Shown here: piece after piece, positions 60,537-64,000 of the stretch
Numbering within the stretch: the first letter of the stretch is position 1
Layout: the number at the start of each line of letters is the position of its first letter
DNA from: Mobula birostris
Taxonomy: Eukaryota
Assembly: GCF_030028105.1 (NCBI RefSeq)
Contig: NC_092393.1
Coordinates: forward strand, 47,378,125-47,442,124
Direction of reading: 5' to 3'
Length of the DNA: 64,000 nt
The notes under the pieces: model-generated
Told to the model about the DNA's origin: nothing
Database searches by the model: none
Seen by the model: the letters and a program-made list of their open reading frames with translations, nothing else
Translations under genes and position numbers: made by a program

Positions 60537-63500
60537 ATTGGCTGTCCATTGTTTCCAATGATGACGTTTGGCGTTTTTCTGTGCAGCTTATCAATCGTGC
60601 GTTCTGAGGTGGCTCTGCCATCCAATTCCAGAAAGGCATGGGACATTGAGAGGGCAGGTAAACCTACCGGTCACTGTGGGAGCAACTGATGTGGCCGTTT
60701 TCCTCCTCTCTCAAGCAGCGACCAGATCTGCATGGAGACTATTTTGAAGTTGTCAGAGGCTCGCCTCGCCAGGGCGCACCATCCAGTCCGGTCCTGAGCA
60801 CTCCGCTCGAGCTGCTTAGGTGCAATGTCAGCGCGTGCGAGTTTGGGCTTTCACACCATCTTTAAACCTCTTAGGCAGATGCCCCCTCTCTGTACAGCAA
60901 TTGTTTGGGTATTCGGGAACCCTCCATGCGTATAACAGCACAGATGGGCTTGCAGGATCTTTGCTTCTACGCTTGCACTCTCTGCTCTTTCGAGGACTTC
61001 TAGATTTCAGGTGACATGGTCCCACTTACAGATCGATCTCAGGCCACATGTATGGAAGGGTTCCAGCATCTTAAGGTGCCTTCCATTTACAGTCCAGGTT
61101 TCACAGCCATACAATAGATTGCTGAGGATGACTGCTTTGTACACCCTGAGTTTTGCGGCTTTTCAGATGTTATGTTGGTTCGGTACACATGAACACAAGC
61201 AACTGACTGGCCTTTCAAATCCAAGCACTGATTTCTTTGTCAAGGGAGCCATCACTAGAAATAATACTAATGAGGTATTTGAATTCCTCCACTGTTCTGA
61301 GCTGTATATACCTTTGATGCAGATGGACGGGGTGGGGGCTGTAGACATTGGACTGGATTGGGGCATGACTGCTGTCTTTTGTAGGCTGATGGTGAGGCAG
61401 AACAGATGAGTGGCTTCTGCAAACTTAACAACAAGCAGCTCAAGATTGACTTCTGTGTGGGCCATAAGCAAACAATCATCAGCGTATAGGGCTTATCGAA
61501 TGAGATTACTGATTGTTTTCATGCGTGCCCTCAAGAGCTTCAAGTCAAAAAATCAGAAATTCTAAAAAGGGAATTAAGGGTTATAGGGAAACGGCAGGCA
61601 GGTGGAGGTGAGTCCATGGTCAGATCAGCCACGATCTTATTAAATAGCGGAGCAGGCTTGATGGTCCAGATGGCCTACTCCTGCTTCTATTTCTTCTGTT
61701 CTTATTCGTCTGTCCTGTACCTTATGTATATCTCACGTTGTACAGTTCTGAATGCATGGTTTAGTACGCACACGAGGAACAGATTAAACAGTACAGGTGC
61801 CAGTACACACCCTTGCTTCACACCACTTAAAATACTGAATGGCATCGAAGTCTCCTCAGTTGATTGAACAAGGCCACTTATGCCATTGTGGAAGTGATGG
61901 ACGAGATTGACGAATCTGCACGGGCACCCAAGTTTTGACAGCACTCGCCATAGGGACTTCCTGTCAACAGTATCAAAGGCTGTGGTTAAATCCACGAAGA
62001 TGGAAGGTAGCTGCAAATTCCATTCAGTATAGTTTTCTTGACTCTGACAAACTGTGTAATCCATGTCGATAGTACTATGGCATGGGTTGTAAGCCACATT
62101 GTGTGTCAGGAAGGTTCACCTCTGATATGTTGGCGATCAAGCGGTTGAGGGTAATCTGAGCTAAGATTTTGCACTGAACAGGCAGGAGAGATATGCCCCC
62201 GTAGTTGCCACAGTGAGCTCTGTTATTTTTGCCCTTGAACGGTGGAACAATTATGGCATCCCTGAAGTCCTCAGGCAGGTCTTCTTCCTCCCATGTGCTC
62301 GTCAGGATGTTGTTGAAAACTGTGAATGCTACTGGGCCAGCTTAAAGAGCTCATCAGGAATTCCATCCCTTCCAGGGGCCTTACCAGAGTTTGCCTGAGA
62401 GGTGGCTTTCCAGACTTCATCTAGTGTAGGAAGAAGGTAAAGGTTGTCGATAACAGGTTTCTGGGGGATCTGATCAAACACGGTTTAATCAACAGTACTG
62501 AAGTGTTCTCTCCATCTCTCATTGAAGTTTCTCCTCACCCTGTGCAGGGATTCACCATCTGCTGATTGAACGGGTGCGTGATTCAGCACACGGTTCATAG
62601 ACTGCTTCGATGGCGCTGAAGAACATCTTCCAGCTTTTTGTGTCAGCCTGGCACTGAACTTCTGCTTTTCTCTCCCACCATGCATCCTGTATTCTGTGCA
62701 CTACACTCTATGCTTGTCTCTGAGGTGCTTAAACTGACCAAGTTTTGAAACACAGGACAAGTCTTTCTGCCACACAATTAATACTTTCTGCTTTTGTTAC
62801 AAGATCTTGGTGATGCTTTCATCATTTTATTCAAACTAGTCTTGGTGGTTCAACTTTCTAGATCCCAGAACAGATATAGCTGACTCTGTTACCAGGGCTT
62901 TGTAGTCCTCCCATTTCTTTGTGGGATTTCCTGTGACAGAGCCGTGTAACATCTACATGTCATCCAGATTGTCTGTGATTTGTTACTGATGCCAGGGGTG
63001 GTTCAGCTTCCTGATATCGAATGACTGCTAAATGGCCTTTGGCTTCTTGAGATGTCTAGGAGCAAGGCGTATCGTAAGAATCGATCTAAGCAGCCGATGA
63101 TCAGTCCAACACATTGCTGATCCTGAATGGGGCTGGTCAGTCACTTGGGACGTGACGAACTACTGTGTTGCCATACGGTCAGATCCAAGTACCCAGCCTG
63201 CTTGAAGCTAGAACTGTAGGTGGCTACCTTCACCTGTCATTCCGCCTCTCTCCCATCGTCGCAGGACTTGTATTGGGTAAGGAGCTGCACAGAGAAAAAA
63301 ACTGTGAGGGAGGAGTTTTAGAGTGAAAAAGCCAAAGCACAGGGGAAGTTCCATTCTCTTGGCCTCAAAAATCTTGGTCCAATGATACGAAAAACTGTCA
63401 TGACTGAAGACTTCCTTGGCTGCAGTGGATAGCCATGAAGTCTTCTTTGCCATGTCATGCCCTTCACTCTCCACGAAGCATTGCAGTACTGACATCTTGG

Positions 63501-63668
63501 CTGTCGGATTTTGTAGTTGATCTCATTCTCCCAGTCAGCTGTAACTGGCTCCACATGCTGGGGTAGGCATATCCCTATCTCACCAGGGTTGGAGGTTGCC
63601 GGCTACCCTCACTTGGCTTAGCCCACCTGTCAAAGCGGAGTACTGGGGTGTGGCCTCTGTTCCATGCA
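60537..63668 (-). mobile_element. RTE/BovB-type LINE with 5' UTR to 3' end, endonuclease largely deleted, inactivated
   Basis: CWTDHRLL (about 63075-63115), FVDLTTAFDTVDR..KLGCP..SGVKQGCVLAPVLFNLF (61702-62097), tacgctgatgat YADD (about 61476-61487), C-terminal zinc-knuckle remnant GIGWQSHLRTH. Confidence 0.92.
61555..61705 (+). mobile_element. CR1 3' end inserted in the RTE
   Basis: cagatcagccacgatcttattaaatagcggagcaggcttgatggtccagatggcctactcctgc. Confidence 0.88.
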
Positions 63669-63825
63669 AGTAGTTGCTTATCTAAGAGTTTCTTAAATGC
63701 CTCTAATAGATCTGACTCTACTACCACCCCTGGCAGGCACTCGTCAATCTCTGTGTAAAAAAAACTTGCCCCCAATATTTCCACTATACTTTCTTCCAAT
63801 CTCCTTAAAATTATACCCCCCATGG
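63665..63825 (-). mobile_element. CR1 3' fragment
   Basis: ASFFYTE..CLPGVVVESDLLEAFKKLLDK in ORF 63575-63856. Confidence 0.75.
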
Positions 63826-64000
63826 AAAGAGAAGTAGAATTAACACTTACAGTCAAAAATCCATCATTAGAAATAGAATAGGGAAATGAATTGGTTTTGA
63901 GTGTTTCCAGAGTTGCTCCTCTTTATTTCAGGTTTTCAGCATGAGCTGCATTTGGCTATGCAAAATAGAAAAAAAAGATAAATCAGGTTCAGTATGGGGA

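Noticed and set aside
1-64000. CRISPR array, operon or prokaryotic defence system
   Set aside because: No regularly spaced repeats and no gene-dense coding; the content is vertebrate retroelement-rich DNA.

Overview
This is eukaryotic (vertebrate) non-coding DNA, not a prokaryotic locus. The repeat complement (HER1/CR1 LINEs with esterase ORF1, HE1/V-SINEs, Rex1/Babar and RTE LINEs, Penelope-like elements) points to a cartilaginous fish, probably a ray (inference from repeat families only). I found no credible host protein-coding exon, tRNA, rRNA or CRISPR. Every recognisable ORF in the track is a broken transposon protein. By eye, more than half of the window is nested, degenerate transposable elements. 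These include four large CR1 copies, several Rex1/Babar copies (two young and near-identical), a near-complete RTE/BovB-type LINE, and an internally deleted chromodomain Ty3/Gypsy (sushi-like) element with both LTRs. There are also solo LTRs, a Buster-type hAT element with TIRs and an 8-bp TSD, and Penelope pseudo-LTRs carrying a minimal hammerhead ribozyme. The most notable observations are: (1) a Penelope insertion whose inverted end maps exactly to the predicted hammerhead cleavage site; (2) a non-coding retroposon family with a 5' YY1 motif and a Rex-type tail; (3) a recombinant CR1 subfamily with two tandem endonuclease N-termini; (4) a 111-bp near-perfect palindrome in unique DNA; (5) a dense haematopoietic-type motif cluster at about 51.6-51.8 kb. 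I cannot support a claim of a wholly new multi-gene system. Boundaries of degenerate repeats are approximate unless a TSD is quoted.
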